Under the pieces are notes generated by a model, which saw only the letters and a program-made list of their open reading frames with translations, was not told where the DNA came from and searched no databases. The position numbers and the translations under genes were made by a program. This document shows, one piece after another, positions 50,094 to 60,660 of a stretch of 64,000 nt of DNA. Every line of letters begins with the position of its first letter. The first letter of the stretch is position 1. Source of the stretch: an uncultured delta proteobacterium (GTDB lineage: Bacteria; Myxococcota; UBA727; VGSZ01); NCBI GenBank assembly GCA_963775425.1, contig CAVZJB010000003.1:1-64000 (forward strand), in the 5' to 3' direction.

Positions 50094-50691
50094 GCGGGTT
50101 GAACAGCGCGCCGCGGCTCCATTCGCGCTCGCAGAAGTACGCGAGCAGGAGGCCGCCGGCGACGTCGATGGAGTAGTGGCCGTGCGCGAGCAGCAGCCCG
50201 GCGCCGACGACGACGGCGAGCGCGATGAACATGCGCCGCAGCCATGGGGCGCGTGCGCCGTCGGTGAGCAGGACGAACAGCAGCGCCATCGCGACGTGCC
50301 CCGACGGGAACATGCCGTGTTGCACGATGGGAAAGACGAACGCGCCCGCGCCCTGGGCGTCGGCGAGCGGCGTGAGCACCATGAGCCCCGCGCGGAGGAT
50401 GTACATCACGGAGAACACCGACAGCGTGCGCGGCAACTGCTCGGGGACGGAGAGGATGGTGTACGCGAGGAACGCGACGAGGCCGACCACGAGCGCCGCG
50501 GCGACGGCGTAGCGCGCGCCGGACACGTAGGGCAAAAGCTCGAACAGCGTATCGCGCGGTGCAGGCCGGTCGGCGTGGCGCGCGGTGATGAAGGCGTTTC
50601 CCCCGAGCGAGGCGACGGCGGCGGCGGCGACCAGCAGGAGGGAGACGGCGAACGCCCGCGCGGCCGCGTTGCGCCGGAGCTCGACGTCCAT
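50062..50691 (-). CDS. PAP2/sphingomyelin-synthase-like membrane protein
   Basis: FPSGH and HYSIDV motifs; about six TM helices. Confidence 0.8.
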   Translation of the reverse strand: MDVELRRNAAARAFAVSLLLVAAAAVASLGGNAFITARHADRPAPRDTLFELLPYVSGARYAVAAALVVGLVAFLAYTILSVPEQLPRTLSVFSVMYILRAGLMVLTPLADAQGAGAFVFPIVQHGMFPSGHVAMALLFVLLTDGARAPWLRRMFIALAVVVGAGLLLAHGHYSIDVAGGLLLAYFCEREWSRGALFNPLKRAVGDPIA

Positions 50692-50698
50692 GACGCCG

Positions 50699-51142
50699 TC
50701 AGCTTCCCTCGAACCCGGGCCACGGCGCGAGCACCTTGGCCTCGGCCGCAATGTGCTCCTGCACCTCCGCCGCGAGGTGCGCGACGCGCGACACCAGCGG
50801 GCAGTCGTCGGCGTCGCCGCAGGCGGCGTTCACGGCGTCGACGGCCGAGACGAGCTTCAGCGCATCGACGGCCCACGCCTCGGACTGCTGCGGCCGGCAG
50901 CGCGCGCCCGACTCGAAGGCGGGGAAGAGGTGAGCCTCCTGGACGCCGCAGTGCTCCTGCAAGCGCTCGTCAAGGAGCGCGACGGCGTCCGCGAGCTCTT
51001 CGAAGTCCCGGCGCGCGCGCAGGAGCAGCCGGAGCACCGCGACCTCGTCCTCGAAGGCACGGTGGTAGCGCTCGACGAGGAACTCAATCTCGATCCCCCG
51101 GCTCCGGCGTACCCGGGTGGGGCTGCTCACCGCGTCGAACAT
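50699..51142 (-). CDS. Hemerythrin-like (HHE) protein, degenerate
   Basis: ERYH, EHCGVQEAHLFP, EHIAAEAKVL; GAGGAG SD. Confidence 0.65.
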   Translation of the reverse strand: MFDAVSSPTRVRRSRGIEIEFLVERYHRAFEDEVAVLRLLLRARRDFEELADAVALLDERLQEHCGVQEAHLFPAFESGARCRPQQSEAWAVDALKLVSAVDAVNAACGDADDCPLVSRVAHLAAEVQEHIAAEAKVLAPWPGFEGS

Positions 51143-51415
51143 GTCGGTCTCCTCTGGTTTTTCGCGCCGGCAGTTTCGAGAAGCGTGCCACCGCTGATCC
51201 GCGGCGGGCGGCACCCGCGCTGCGGCGCCGTGGGGACGAACACACATGCCGTGTGCCGGATGCCCCACGGCTGTGCCGCGTCCGCCTGACGGCGGGGGCG
51301 CGCCGCGCATGGCCGGCGGCTTGCTTGATGCCTTCCGTTCAGCGGAGCCCTCGATGCCGTCGGAGAAAGCAGAGCCGTCGCCGTTCACCGTGCTGTCCCT
51401 CGCCGGGGCCGCGTC

Positions 51416-53872
51416 ATGATCGCGCAGCGACGGCCCCCCGCGCAGACGCCGGCGCCGCGGGAAGACGCGGGGCTCACGAGCGCTCGTGCTGCGCAGCTCC
51501 TCGAGGTGCACGGCGAAAACGCCATCACCGCCGAGAAGCGCACGTCGCCGCTCAGGCTGCTCGCCGGGCAGCTCAAGGGCGCGCTCGTTTGGTTGCTGGT
51601 GGGCGCCACCGTGCTGTCCGCCGCGCTCGGCGAGGTGCGCGACGCCGTCGCCATCGCCGTCATCCTCGTCGTCAACGCCGCCATCGGCTTCTTCCAGGAG
51701 CTGCGCGCGGAGAAGGCAATCCTCGCGTTGTCGCGGATGGCCGCGCCGCACGCGCGGGTGGTGCGCGACGGCGCCGTCGTCGATGTCGCCGCGGCCGCCG
51801 TCGTCCCCGGCAATCTGCTCGTGCTCGAGGCCGGCGACGTGGTCGCCGCCGACGGCGTGGTGGTGTCCGCGAGCCGGCTCAAGACCAACGAGGCCGCCCT
51901 CACCGGCGAGAGCGTGCCGGTGGACAAGCGCGTCGGCGAGGAGCCCGTCGATGCGCCGCTCGCCGAGCGCCACGGCCGTGTCTACGCCGGCACGGCCGTC
52001 GCCGACGGCAGCGGCCGCGCCGTGGTCGCCGCCACCGGCATGAAGACCGAGCTCGGCAAGATCGCCGCGCTGCTCACCCAGACCCACGACGAGGAGACGC
52101 CGCTGCAAAAGCGCCTCGAGCGCGTCGGGCGCACGTTGCTCGTCCTGTGCACGGGGATCGTGGTGCTCGTGGCGGCGGTCGGGCTGTGGCGCGGGACGCC
52201 GCCGCTCGAGCTCTTGATGACCTCGGTGTCGTTGGCGGTGGCGGCGGTGCCCGAGGGGCTCGCCGCCATCGTCACCATCGCGCTCGCCGTCGGCGTGCAG
52301 CGGATGGTCGCGCAAAACGTCCTCATCCGCCGGCTGCCGGCGGTGGAGACGCTCGGCTGCGCGACGGTCATCTGCACCGACAAGACGGGCACGCTGACGA
52401 CGGGCAGGATGCGCGTCCGCGAGGTGTGGGCCAAGGATCGAAAGCGGACGCTGCGCGTCGCCGTCGCCTGCTCCGACGCCGAGCTGTCCGCCGACGGCGA
52501 CGGCGGCACCGGCGACCCCACCGAGGTCGCGCTGCTCATCGCCGCGGCCGAGGACGGCACCGCGCGCGCGGACGTCGAGCGGCTGGAGCCGCGCATCGAG
52601 ACGCACCCCTTCGACGCCGAGCGCAAGCGCATGAGCGTGTTCCGCCGCGTCGAGGCCGGCCCCGGGCGGTTGTACGTGAAGGGCGCGCTCGAGCTGCTCC
52701 TCCCGCTGTGTCGCGAGGGGACCACGGGGGCCGTCGAGGCGAACGCCGACATGGCGGAGCGCGGGCTGCGCGTGCTGGCCGTCGCCGTCGGCGACGACAA
52801 TCAGGAGCGAGACCTCGAGCTCGTGGGCCTGGTCGGCATCGCTGACCCGCCGCGCACCGAGGCGGTGGACGCCGTGGCGCACGCGCGCAAGGCCGGCATC
52901 AAGACCATCATGATCACGGGCGATCACCCCGCCACCGCCGCCGCCATCGCGCGCGAGCTGGGCATCGTGCGCGACGGTGACGACGTCAAGGAGCTCGTCC
53001 ACGCCCGCGCTACGCCCGCGGAGAAGCTCGCGCTCGTGCGGGAGGAGAAGGCCAAGGGGCAGGTGGTGGCCATGACCGGCGACGGCGTGAACGACGCCCC
53101 GGCGCTCAAGGAGGCGGACATCGGCATCGCCATGGGCAAAGGCACCGAGGTGACGCGCGAGGCCGCCGACATGATCCTGGTCGACGACAACTTTGCGAGC
53201 ATCGTAGCCGCCGTTCGCGAGGGCAGGGGCGTCTACGACAACATCCAGAAGGCGCTGGTCTACCTGCTCGCGGGGAACATCGGCGAGCTCGCTTTCATGT
53301 TGCTCGCGTCGGCGCTCGGCGCGCCGTTGCCGCTCACGCCGCTGCAGTTGCTGTGGATCAACCTCGTCACCGACGGCCTGCCCGCGCTGGCGCTCGTGTT
53401 CAATCCGACGGACCCCGACGTGCTCGGACGCCGCCCGCGGCGCTTCGACGAGCAGATGCTCGGCCGGCCCCAGTGGACCGCCATCGTCCTCACGGGCATG
53501 GTGACGGCGTCGGTGGCGCTGGGCGTGTTCTTCTGGGCGCTGTCCTCGCGCGACGTCGCCACGGCGCGCAACCTCGCGTTCTCCACCATCGTCATCGGCG
53601 AGCTCCTGCGCGCCTTCGCCGCCCGCTCGACGAACAAGGTGTTCTTCGAGACCCCCGTGTTCGGAAACGTGCTCCTCCTCGGCGTCGTGCTCGTGAGCGT
53701 GCTCTTGCAGCTCGGCCTGCACTTCATGCCGTTCACCGCGCAATTGTTCAATCTGCGCGCGCTGACGCTCGAGGACGGCTTGCTCAGCGTCGGCCTCGGG
53801 CTCGTCCCGGTCACCGTGGTCGAGCTCAGCAAGCTCGCCCGCCGCGCGTTCGCCGGAGACAGGCCGCGGTGA
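51416..53872 (+). CDS. P2-type cation-transporting ATPase
   Basis: LTGES, VPEGL, DKTGTLT, KGA, DPPR, TGD, GDGVNDAPALK, NLVTDG. Confidence 0.96.
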   Translation: MIAQRRPPAQTPAPREDAGLTSARAAQLLEVHGENAITAEKRTSPLRLLAGQLKGALVWLLVGATVLSAALGEVRDAVAIAVILVVNAAIGFFQELRAEKAILALSRMAAPHARVVRDGAVVDVAAAAVVPGNLLVLEAGDVVAADGVVVSASRLKTNEAALTGESVPVDKRVGEEPVDAPLAERHGRVYAGTAVADGSGRAVVAATGMKTELGKIAALLTQTHDEETPLQKRLERVGRTLLVLCTGIVVLVAAVGLWRGTPPLELLMTSVSLAVAAVPEGLAAIVTIALAVGVQRMVAQNVLIRRLPAVETLGCATVICTDKTGTLTTGRMRVREVWAKDRKRTLRVAVACSDAELSADGDGGTGDPTEVALLIAAAEDGTARADVERLEPRIETHPFDAERKRMSVFRRVEAGPGRLYVKGALELLLPLCREGTTGAVEANADMAERGLRVLAVAVGDDNQERDLELVGLVGIADPPRTEAVDAVAHARKAGIKTIMITGDHPATAAAIARELGIVRDGDDVKELVHARATPAEKLALVREEKAKGQVVAMTGDGVNDAPALKEADIGIAMGKGTEVTREAADMILVDDNFASIVAAVREGRGVYDNIQKALVYLLAGNIGELAFMLLASALGAPLPLTPLQLLWINLVTDGLPALALVFNPTDPDVLGRRPRRFDEQMLGRPQWTAIVLTGMVTASVALGVFFWALSSRDVATARNLAFSTIVIGELLRAFAARSTNKVFFETPVFGNVLLLGVVLVSVLLQLGLHFMPFTAQLFNLRALTLEDGLLSVGLGLVPVTVVELSKLARRAFAGDRPR

Positions 53873-53876
53873 AGGT

Positions 53877-53917
<41 letters not shown>

Positions 53918-54080
53918 TTCGCAGCTCTTCCGCGCCGTGACGAATCGATGTGGGACGCACGGCGCGCGGCTCGGCTGATCGTCCGAGGAGAACAACGGCG
54001 CCGTTCGAGGGCCGAAGACATGAGCTGCAAGCACGGTGCGGCGCATGGACGGGCGCGCGCGTCGGGTTGCGGAGCGGAAG

Positions 54081-55571
54081 ATGGCAGACAAGTCGTCGTC
54101 GACGCCGGCCGGACAAGGCCGCGTGCTCGTCGTTGTCGTCGCAAGCGTCACGGCGCTCGCGGGCGTGGTCGATGCGTGTCAGTGCGAAGAGCCGTTGCAG
54201 CAACTGCTCGGCGTCGTGCGCGGCCGCCTCTGCGACGACCTCACGGGCCGGCCGCTCGCGGGCGCGGTGATGGAGCTCGCCGGCCAGACCGCCACCACCG
54301 GCGACGACGGCCGCTACGTGTTCGACGGCGTCGCCGTCGGCCCCGCGCGCGTCACCACGCGCGTCGACGATCGCCGCTTCGACGTCTTCGTCACGTCGGC
54401 GGAGCCGGCGCTCGTCGACAATCCCGCCTGCCGCGCGATCCCCGAGCTCGTCACCGGGCGCATCGAGGGCCGCGTCTGCGACACCGCGCGCGGCGGATGG
54501 CTCGCCGCGGCCCTCGTGCGCGTCGCGCCCGACGGCTTCGCGCCGCAGGAGACCTTCACCGACGACGATGGCCGCTTCTCGTTCGACGCCGTGCCCCCCG
54601 GCGCGCAGGTGGTCGACGTCGAGGCACCGGGCTTCTCCCACGGCTACCCCGTCGACGTCGTCGCAGGCGACGTCGTCACCGTCGACGCCGTCGAGGGCTG
54701 CGACCCCGCCGTGCCGCAACAGGGCGCGCTCGAGGGCGTGTTCTGCGGTCCCGACGGCGGCGCGCTCACAGGCGCCACGGTGAGCGCGCTCGACGTGTCG
54801 ACCACCACCGACGAGACCGGCGCGTTCGCGCTCTCGCCGCTGCCGGCGGGCCCGGTCACGCTGCACGTCGGCGGCCCCGTCGACGTCGACGTCGACGCGC
54901 TCGTGCGCCCCGGCGCGTCGACGCCGGTGCCCACGCCGTTCGCCTGCGCGCCGCCCCCGGCCAATCCGCCGGCCAATCCGCCGGCCAATCCGCCGGTCGA
55001 TCCGCCGGCGAGCGGCGCGCCGGCCGATGATCCGCCCCCGACACCTGGGGCCTGCCCGCCGGGCGTGGTGCGCCAGTGCTACTCCGGCCCCGTCGGCACG
55101 GTGTTCGTCGGTGACTGCCACCCGGGCACGCAGAGGTGCGGCGACGACGGCACCTTCGGCCCGTGCACCGGCGAGGTCACGCCCCGCTTCGACGTCCCCG
55201 AGGACGGCTTCGATGAGGACTGCGACGGCTTCGACGCGTCGTGCGCCGACGTCGAGGTGGCCCAGTCGATCCTCCTGTTCGGCGACTGCCTCGACGTCAC
55301 GTGCCCCGCTTCGGCGCCGTTTCCGACGGGCTGCGCGGTGTTCTTCACGCCCGGCGATGACCGCGGCTGCGTCGCCAACGCGCCGGGGCAGTCGAGCGTG
55401 TACTTCCAGGCCGGCGACGAGTGCGACGCGGGCTTCGTGACGGGGACGCTGTTGTGCTCGGCGTTTTCCCAGTGCGTCCCGCGCTTCGGCCTCGACGCGC
55501 TCAACTGCCCCATCAACAAGCCCGTGCCCATCTACGGGCCCACGCCGGACTTCTGTCCCGACACGCACTGA
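54081..55571 (+). CDS. Exported protein with three carboxypeptidase-regulatory-like (prealbumin-fold) repeats and a Cys-rich C-terminus
   Basis: Three G-x-V/L-C...T-D-x-x-G-x-F modules, PANP linker, DGFDEDCDG motif. Confidence 0.78.
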   Translation: MADKSSSTPAGQGRVLVVVVASVTALAGVVDACQCEEPLQQLLGVVRGRLCDDLTGRPLAGAVMELAGQTATTGDDGRYVFDGVAVGPARVTTRVDDRRFDVFVTSAEPALVDNPACRAIPELVTGRIEGRVCDTARGGWLAAALVRVAPDGFAPQETFTDDDGRFSFDAVPPGAQVVDVEAPGFSHGYPVDVVAGDVVTVDAVEGCDPAVPQQGALEGVFCGPDGGALTGATVSALDVSTTTDETGAFALSPLPAGPVTLHVGGPVDVDVDALVRPGASTPVPTPFACAPPPANPPANPPANPPVDPPASGAPADDPPPTPGACPPGVVRQCYSGPVGTVFVGDCHPGTQRCGDDGTFGPCTGEVTPRFDVPEDGFDEDCDGFDASCADVEVAQSILLFGDCLDVTCPASAPFPTGCAVFFTPGDDRGCVANAPGQSSVYFQAGDECDAGFVTGTLLCSAFSQCVPRFGLDALNCPINKPVPIYGPTPDFCPDTH

Positions 55572-55608
55572 GCGAGCTCCGCGGGGGAGGACACCCGAGG
55601 AGAAGACA

Positions 55609-56036
55609 ATGGTCAGCATCAACACCGCGAACCGCATCCCCCGCGCCGGCGTCGTCGACGCGCACAGCCAGGTCGACGAAGTGCGCCGGCAGGGCTCGAC
55701 GACGACGACGGCGCCGCAAGACTCGTTTCAGCGGCCCACGGCGCCGGTGCGCCCGGCGACGCAGGGGCAAAGCGGCCTCGGCGGCATCCTCGGCAGCCTC
55801 TTTCAAGGCCTCTCGGGGATGCTCGCCCGGCTCGGGGCAACAAGGGCGCCCTCCTCGCGGGAATCCTGAACGTCGTCGGCGGGCTCCTGCAGCAGATCTT
55901 CGGTCAGGCGGGCGCGTCGTCGTCGCCGTCGTACGCGCCGTCGACGCCGGGCGCTTCAGGGAGCGCGCCGCCGATGCCGAGCGTGCCCTCGAACGCGGTG
56001 AGCCCGTACGACCCCAACCGGCCCTACGAGCCCTGA
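55609..56036 (+). CDS. Small Gly/Ser-rich amphipathic protein; frameshift at G4 run 55834-55837
   Basis: GAGGAG SD; adding one G joins ...SGMLARLG to GNKGALLAGILNVVGGLLQQIFG...YEP stop. Confidence 0.6.
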
Positions 56037-56085
56037 TCGGCCGCGCGTGTCCCCGCGGCCGGCGAGGCGCGGTAGCATCCGGCCC

Positions 56086-57990
56086 GTGAGAAGCATCGCC
56101 CTCGTCGTCGCCGCCGTCGCCGCGGCCTCCTGCGCGCCGGACAAGACCGTCGTCGACTTCACCGTGCCCACGGGGGATCCCACGGCGAAGTTCCTCGACA
56201 TGCCGTGGCCCTCGGACGTCATGCGCGTCGACGGCGGGCTCGACCTCAACGAGGTGCCGAACCCGTTTTCGTCGTCGTCGCTCGAGGACGTCATCCGGCT
56301 GTTCGCCACCAACACCGCGTACCCGGCCACCGGCACGCTCTACTTCCGCGTCGCCGGCGGCGTGGACGAGGGCTCGTTGCCGCCCGATGCCGCCGCCTCG
56401 CTCACCGACGGCTCGTCCATGTTCCTCGTCGAGACCGACACGCTGCGACGCGTGCCGCTCGTGTGGAAGCAGTTCGCGAAAGGCACCTCGTTCCTCCCGC
56501 CGGGCACCGTGGCGGCGCAGCCGCTGCTCGGTGCGGTGCCGCACGGGCGCTTCGCGCTCGTCGTCACGTCCAACGCGCGCGCCAAGGACGGCAGCGCGCT
56601 CGGCGCGTCGCCCGACCTGCGCGCGCTCCTCACCTGCCAGCCGCTGCCCAAGGACGCGCGCGCGGTGGACTGCGCGCCCTATCAAAAGCTCGCCGCAGAC
56701 CTGGGGCTGCCCGCCGAGAGCATCGCGCTCGTTCAGATGATCACCCCGGAGGACAGCTCCAGCGGCCTGGTCGACGCCGCCGACGTCGTGCGCGAGCTCG
56801 GGCCGCCGGCGGCGACGGGCTTGTCCCGGCGCTCGTCGTCGCCGTCGTCGAGCTACGTGATCTACGACGGCGTCGCCGGCATCGCCCAATTGCAGGCGGG
56901 GGTCCCCCCCTATGACACGCTCGACCCCAACTACGTGAGCGGCGGCTTCGTGCTCGGCGACGACGGGCGCCCCGTGGTGCAGCGCATCGAGGAGGTGCCG
57001 TTCCTCGTCACCGTGCCGACGCAGCCGCCGCCGCCCGGCGGCTACTGCGTCGTCATCAACGGCCACGGCACCGGCGGCGACCTCGAGAGCGGGCTCGGCA
57101 GCGGGCCGAGCGCGGAGGCCTTCCAGATCGCGCAGGCCGGTTGCGCCATGTTCGCGATGTCGGAGCCGCTGCACCGCACGCGCGCCGGGTATCGCGAAGG
57201 ACAGGAAGAGGTCCTCACCTTCAACTTCTTCAACCCCGTCGCCGGCCGCGACAACTGGCGGCAGTCGGCCATCGAGAAGGTGCAGCTCGTGTCTTTGGCG
57301 CAGGCCCTCACCATCCCGCCGTCGGTCACCGGCGGCGCCGCCGTGCGCTTCGACGCGGACCACATCGCGTACTTCGGCCACTCCCAGGGCGGGATCACCG
57401 GCGCGTTGTTCGTCGCCGTGGAGCACCGCATCGCGGGCGCGTTCCTCTCGGGCGCGGGCGCCGGTTTCCAGGCCTCGCTCGTCGAGAAGGTCGATCCCAC
57501 GTCCATCGCCGACATCCTGAAGGTGGTGCTCGATTTCCCGTCCGACAGCGACGAGGACATCGACCTGTTCCACCCGGTCATCACGCTGCTGCAGTCGTGG
57601 GTGGATCCCGCCGATCCCATCAACTACGGCGATCTGTGGAGCCGCCGCCAGGGGCGTGTGCCGCACCTCGTGATGACGTCGGGCCTGCTCGACACGTTCA
57701 CGCCGCCGCGCTGCCACGGCGCGTTGGCGGCCGCCTTCCACCTCCCCCTCGTGGAGCCGGTGAGCGAGGACATCGACGTCCTCGACGTCCTCGGCATCGA
57801 GCCCGCACAGCCGCCCATCGAGGGGAACTTCGAGACCGTCGACGGCGGCCAGGTCACCGCGGGCGTCCTGCAGTATCCGAACGACGGGCACTTCGCCGTC
57901 TTCGACAACCCCGACGCGCAGAGCGCCATGCGTACCTTCTTCACCACGCTCCAGCAGGGCGCGCCCATCGTGCGCGTCAACCAGGAGTGA
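56086..57990 (+). CDS. Lipoprotein alpha/beta hydrolase (extracellular lipase-like)
   Basis: AASC lipobox, PWPSD, HGTGG, YFGHSQGG, DPINY, D and H catalytic candidates. Confidence 0.85.
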   Translation: MRSIALVVAAVAAASCAPDKTVVDFTVPTGDPTAKFLDMPWPSDVMRVDGGLDLNEVPNPFSSSSLEDVIRLFATNTAYPATGTLYFRVAGGVDEGSLPPDAAASLTDGSSMFLVETDTLRRVPLVWKQFAKGTSFLPPGTVAAQPLLGAVPHGRFALVVTSNARAKDGSALGASPDLRALLTCQPLPKDARAVDCAPYQKLAADLGLPAESIALVQMITPEDSSSGLVDAADVVRELGPPAATGLSRRSSSPSSSYVIYDGVAGIAQLQAGVPPYDTLDPNYVSGGFVLGDDGRPVVQRIEEVPFLVTVPTQPPPPGGYCVVINGHGTGGDLESGLGSGPSAEAFQIAQAGCAMFAMSEPLHRTRAGYREGQEEVLTFNFFNPVAGRDNWRQSAIEKVQLVSLAQALTIPPSVTGGAAVRFDADHIAYFGHSQGGITGALFVAVEHRIAGAFLSGAGAGFQASLVEKVDPTSIADILKVVLDFPSDSDEDIDLFHPVITLLQSWVDPADPINYGDLWSRRQGRVPHLVMTSGLLDTFTPPRCHGALAAAFHLPLVEPVSEDIDVLDVLGIEPAQPPIEGNFETVDGGQVTAGVLQYPNDGHFAVFDNPDAQSAMRTFFTTLQQGAPIVRVNQE

Positions 57991-58002
57991 TACAACGCCC
58001 GC

Positions 58003-59106
58003 ATGCGCATCGCCGTCGCCGCTCTCGCGCTGCCCCTCGTCGCCGGCGTCGCCTCCCCGGCGTGGGCCGACGTCGGCGTCGTTGTGAAGCTGGTCGGACA
58101 GGGCCTCGATCCCGCGGCGGCCAGGAGCGTCGCGAGCAACATCGAGCAGGCCGTGAAGACGCGGGTGGTCCCGCTCGGGGCCAGTGACGCCTGCGACGTC
58201 GCCGACGAGAGGGCGCCCTGCATAGAGCCCCTGGTGGCGGCGAGCCCCGACCGCAAGGACATCGACGAGGTGGCCGTGGTGGTCCTCGAGCGCCGCGCGC
58301 CGGGCGCCACGCACATGAGCTTGCGCGTGGTGCGGAGCGAGGATTGGAAGAAGACCGCGCTGAAAGTCGAGGGGGACGTGCCCGACGTCGACTCCACCAA
58401 CGCGGCCAAGGGCATCGTGCGCCAGGTCTTTGATCCGGGGCGCTACACCGGCCGCCTCGTCGTCGAGGGGGCGCCGGCGCGGGCGGAGATCCTCGTCGAC
58501 GGTCTCGCCGCGGAGCCGCTGGCCGTGCTGAGCGTGGGGAAGCACCACGTGCTCGTCGTGTCACCGGACGGCACCGCGTTCCAACAGGACGTCGTCATCG
58601 CCTACCAGCAGCACACGCGCCTGCCGGTGCCCGCGCTCGGCGACAAGGCCGCCGGCCCGCGGCCCACCTGGCCGTTCTTCGTCGCCGACGCCGTCCTCGC
58701 CGCCGGCGTCGCCACCGCCGTCATCGGCGCGCTCGTCGAGGAGTACAGCGTCCGTGCCAACGCCGACGTCGGCAACAACATCGACGCGTGGTCACTGCAC
58801 GCGCGCGACACCGTCGGCTTCCTCCCCAAGGGCGATCAGGACCCCGCGTGCCCTCCCAGTCCCAAGACCGGCGCATGCGACAAGGGGAGCGCGTGGACGA
58901 CGTACGGGCCGGCGTCGGCCGGGGGTGTGAGCGAGCCTGCGCACTTCGCGATGACGGCGGTGGCGCGGCAGAACGAGCTGAGCTGGCGCGCGGGAGAGAC
59001 CGCCGCCATCACCAGCATCATCGTCGGGTCCTCCGTCGCCGTCGCGGGCGGCGTCGCGGCCATCGCGACCTTCGTCGCCGCCCAGCCCGACGAGGCCGCG
59101 CAGTGA
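58003..59106 (+). CDS. PEGA-domain exported/membrane protein
   Basis: Signal peptide (AWA|D), GRLVVEGAPARAEILVDG...GKHHV, C-terminal TM segments. Confidence 0.75.
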   Translation: MRIAVAALALPLVAGVASPAWADVGVVVKLVGQGLDPAAARSVASNIEQAVKTRVVPLGASDACDVADERAPCIEPLVAASPDRKDIDEVAVVVLERRAPGATHMSLRVVRSEDWKKTALKVEGDVPDVDSTNAAKGIVRQVFDPGRYTGRLVVEGAPARAEILVDGLAAEPLAVLSVGKHHVLVVSPDGTAFQQDVVIAYQQHTRLPVPALGDKAAGPRPTWPFFVADAVLAAGVATAVIGALVEEYSVRANADVGNNIDAWSLHARDTVGFLPKGDQDPACPPSPKTGACDKGSAWTTYGPASAGGVSEPAHFAMTAVARQNELSWRAGETAAITSIIVGSSVAVAGGVAAIATFVAAQPDEAAQ

Positions 59107-59672
59107 AGATCTACACGCGCACCGGCGACGCCGGTGAGACGGGCCTGTTCGGTGGTGAGCGCGTGCAGAAGGACGACGCCCGCGTCTGCGCGTACGGCGC
59201 GGTCGACGAAGCCAACGCCGCGGTGGGGGTGGCCGCGGCCGCGCCCGACACCCCGCCGGAGATGCGCGAAGAGCTGCTGCACGTGATGAGCGATCTGTTC
59301 GACATCGGCGCCGAGCTGGCGACGCCGCCGGCCGCCGGGGAGAAGCTCGGGGAGCGCCTCGCGTCCGCCGTCGACGACGCGCGGGTGCGGGCGTTGGAGG
59401 CGAGCATCGACGCCGTCGACGCCGAGGTGCCGCCGCTGTCGACCTTCGTGTTGCCGACGGGCACGGACGCGGCGGCGCGCCTGCACGTCGCGCGTGCCGT
59501 GGTGCGGCGCGCCGAGCGCGAGGTGGTCTCGCTCGCGCGCAGCGTGGCGGTGCGCCGCGAGGTGCTCGTGTACCTGAACCGCTTGAGCGACACGCTCTTT
59601 GCCTGGTCGCGCCTGTGCAATCACCGCAGCGGCGCGGGTGACGTGCCGTGGCGGCACCGCCGCCCCAAATGA
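59103..59672 (+). CDS. pduO: PduO-type ATP:cob(I)alamin adenosyltransferase
   Basis: KIYTRTGDAGET, YGAVDEAN, DLFDIGAELA, RRAER, YLNRLSD. Confidence 0.93.
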   Translation: MKIYTRTGDAGETGLFGGERVQKDDARVCAYGAVDEANAAVGVAAAAPDTPPEMREELLHVMSDLFDIGAELATPPAAGEKLGERLASAVDDARVRALEASIDAVDAEVPPLSTFVLPTGTDAAARLHVARAVVRRAEREVVSLARSVAVRREVLVYLNRLSDTLFAWSRLCNHRSGAGDVPWRHRRPK

Positions 59673-60475
59673 GCTCGACCGCGGCGCAGATCGACGAGGC
59701 GGCGCGCATCCTGCGCGAGGCGAAGCGGCTCGTGGTGTTCACGGGCGCGGGCGTGTCCGCGGAGAGCGGCATCGACACGTTTCGCACCGACGGCGGTCTG
59801 TGGGAGCGCTACCCGCCCGAGGAGTTCGCCACCCCCGGCGCCATCTTGAAGATGCTCGCCACCGACCCCGCGCGCGTGGCGCGCTTCCTGCGGGACGTGC
59901 TCGAGCCCGTCGCGCGCGCGCGCCCCAACCCCGGGCACGAGGCGCTCTCCGTCATCGAGGAGCGCGTGCGCGAGCGCGGCGGCGACGCCGTCGTCGTCAC
60001 GCAGAACATCGATCGCCTGCATCAGGACGCGGGGAGCCGCTCCGTGCTCGAGGTGCACGGGAGCCTCTTCGACCTCGTCGACGACGAGGGCTTGCCCCGC
60101 GGCAGGCTCGAGCGCGCCGACCTGAGCCGCATCGCAGAGCGCCTGGCCAAGGCCGAGCGCGGGCTGTTGAAACGCAGCCGCATCGTCGCCGCGCTGTCGC
60201 CGCTGTTGTCGGTGCGCCACCGGCCGAACGTGGTGCTCTTCGGTGAGGGGCTCCCCGAGCCCGCGTGGAGCAAGGCCGTCGAGGCCAGCCGCCGCGCCGA
60301 CGCCATGCTCGTCGTGGGCACCTCGGGCGCCGTCTACCCCGCGGCGTCGCTCACGGAGGTCGCCGCCGAGGCGGGCGCCCGCCTGGTGGGCGTCGGGCCC
60401 GAGCGCGGGGACGCCGACGTGTGGCTCGAGGGCAACGCGGGCGTCCTGCTGCCGGCGGTGGCTGCGCTCGGTTGA
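59669..60475 (+). CDS. cobB: Sir2/CobB NAD-dependent deacylase lacking Zn-binding cysteines
   Basis: TGAGVSAESGI.TFR, TQNID.LH, VHGS, RPNVVLFGE, VGTS..VYPAA. Confidence 0.9.
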   Translation: MSSTAAQIDEAARILREAKRLVVFTGAGVSAESGIDTFRTDGGLWERYPPEEFATPGAILKMLATDPARVARFLRDVLEPVARARPNPGHEALSVIEERVRERGGDAVVVTQNIDRLHQDAGSRSVLEVHGSLFDLVDDEGLPRGRLERADLSRIAERLAKAERGLLKRSRIVAALSPLLSVRHRPNVVLFGEGLPEPAWSKAVEASRRADAMLVVGTSGAVYPAASLTEVAAEAGARLVGVGPERGDADVWLEGNAGVLLPAVAALG

Positions 60476-60660
60476 GCCCCCGCTCGTGCCGTGACGCGGC
60501 GCGTGCACCTGCGGTGCTTCGCCCACCCCGCTGGGCCTCCTGGAGCGCGCGGCGGGATCGACGCCGCGCGCGAAGACGTCGCCGCGGGCGGCCCGGCCCC
60601 GAGAGCGTCGGCGCTCGGGGGCACGAGCGATGCACACCCCGGCGGCGCAAGGAGGTCTGC

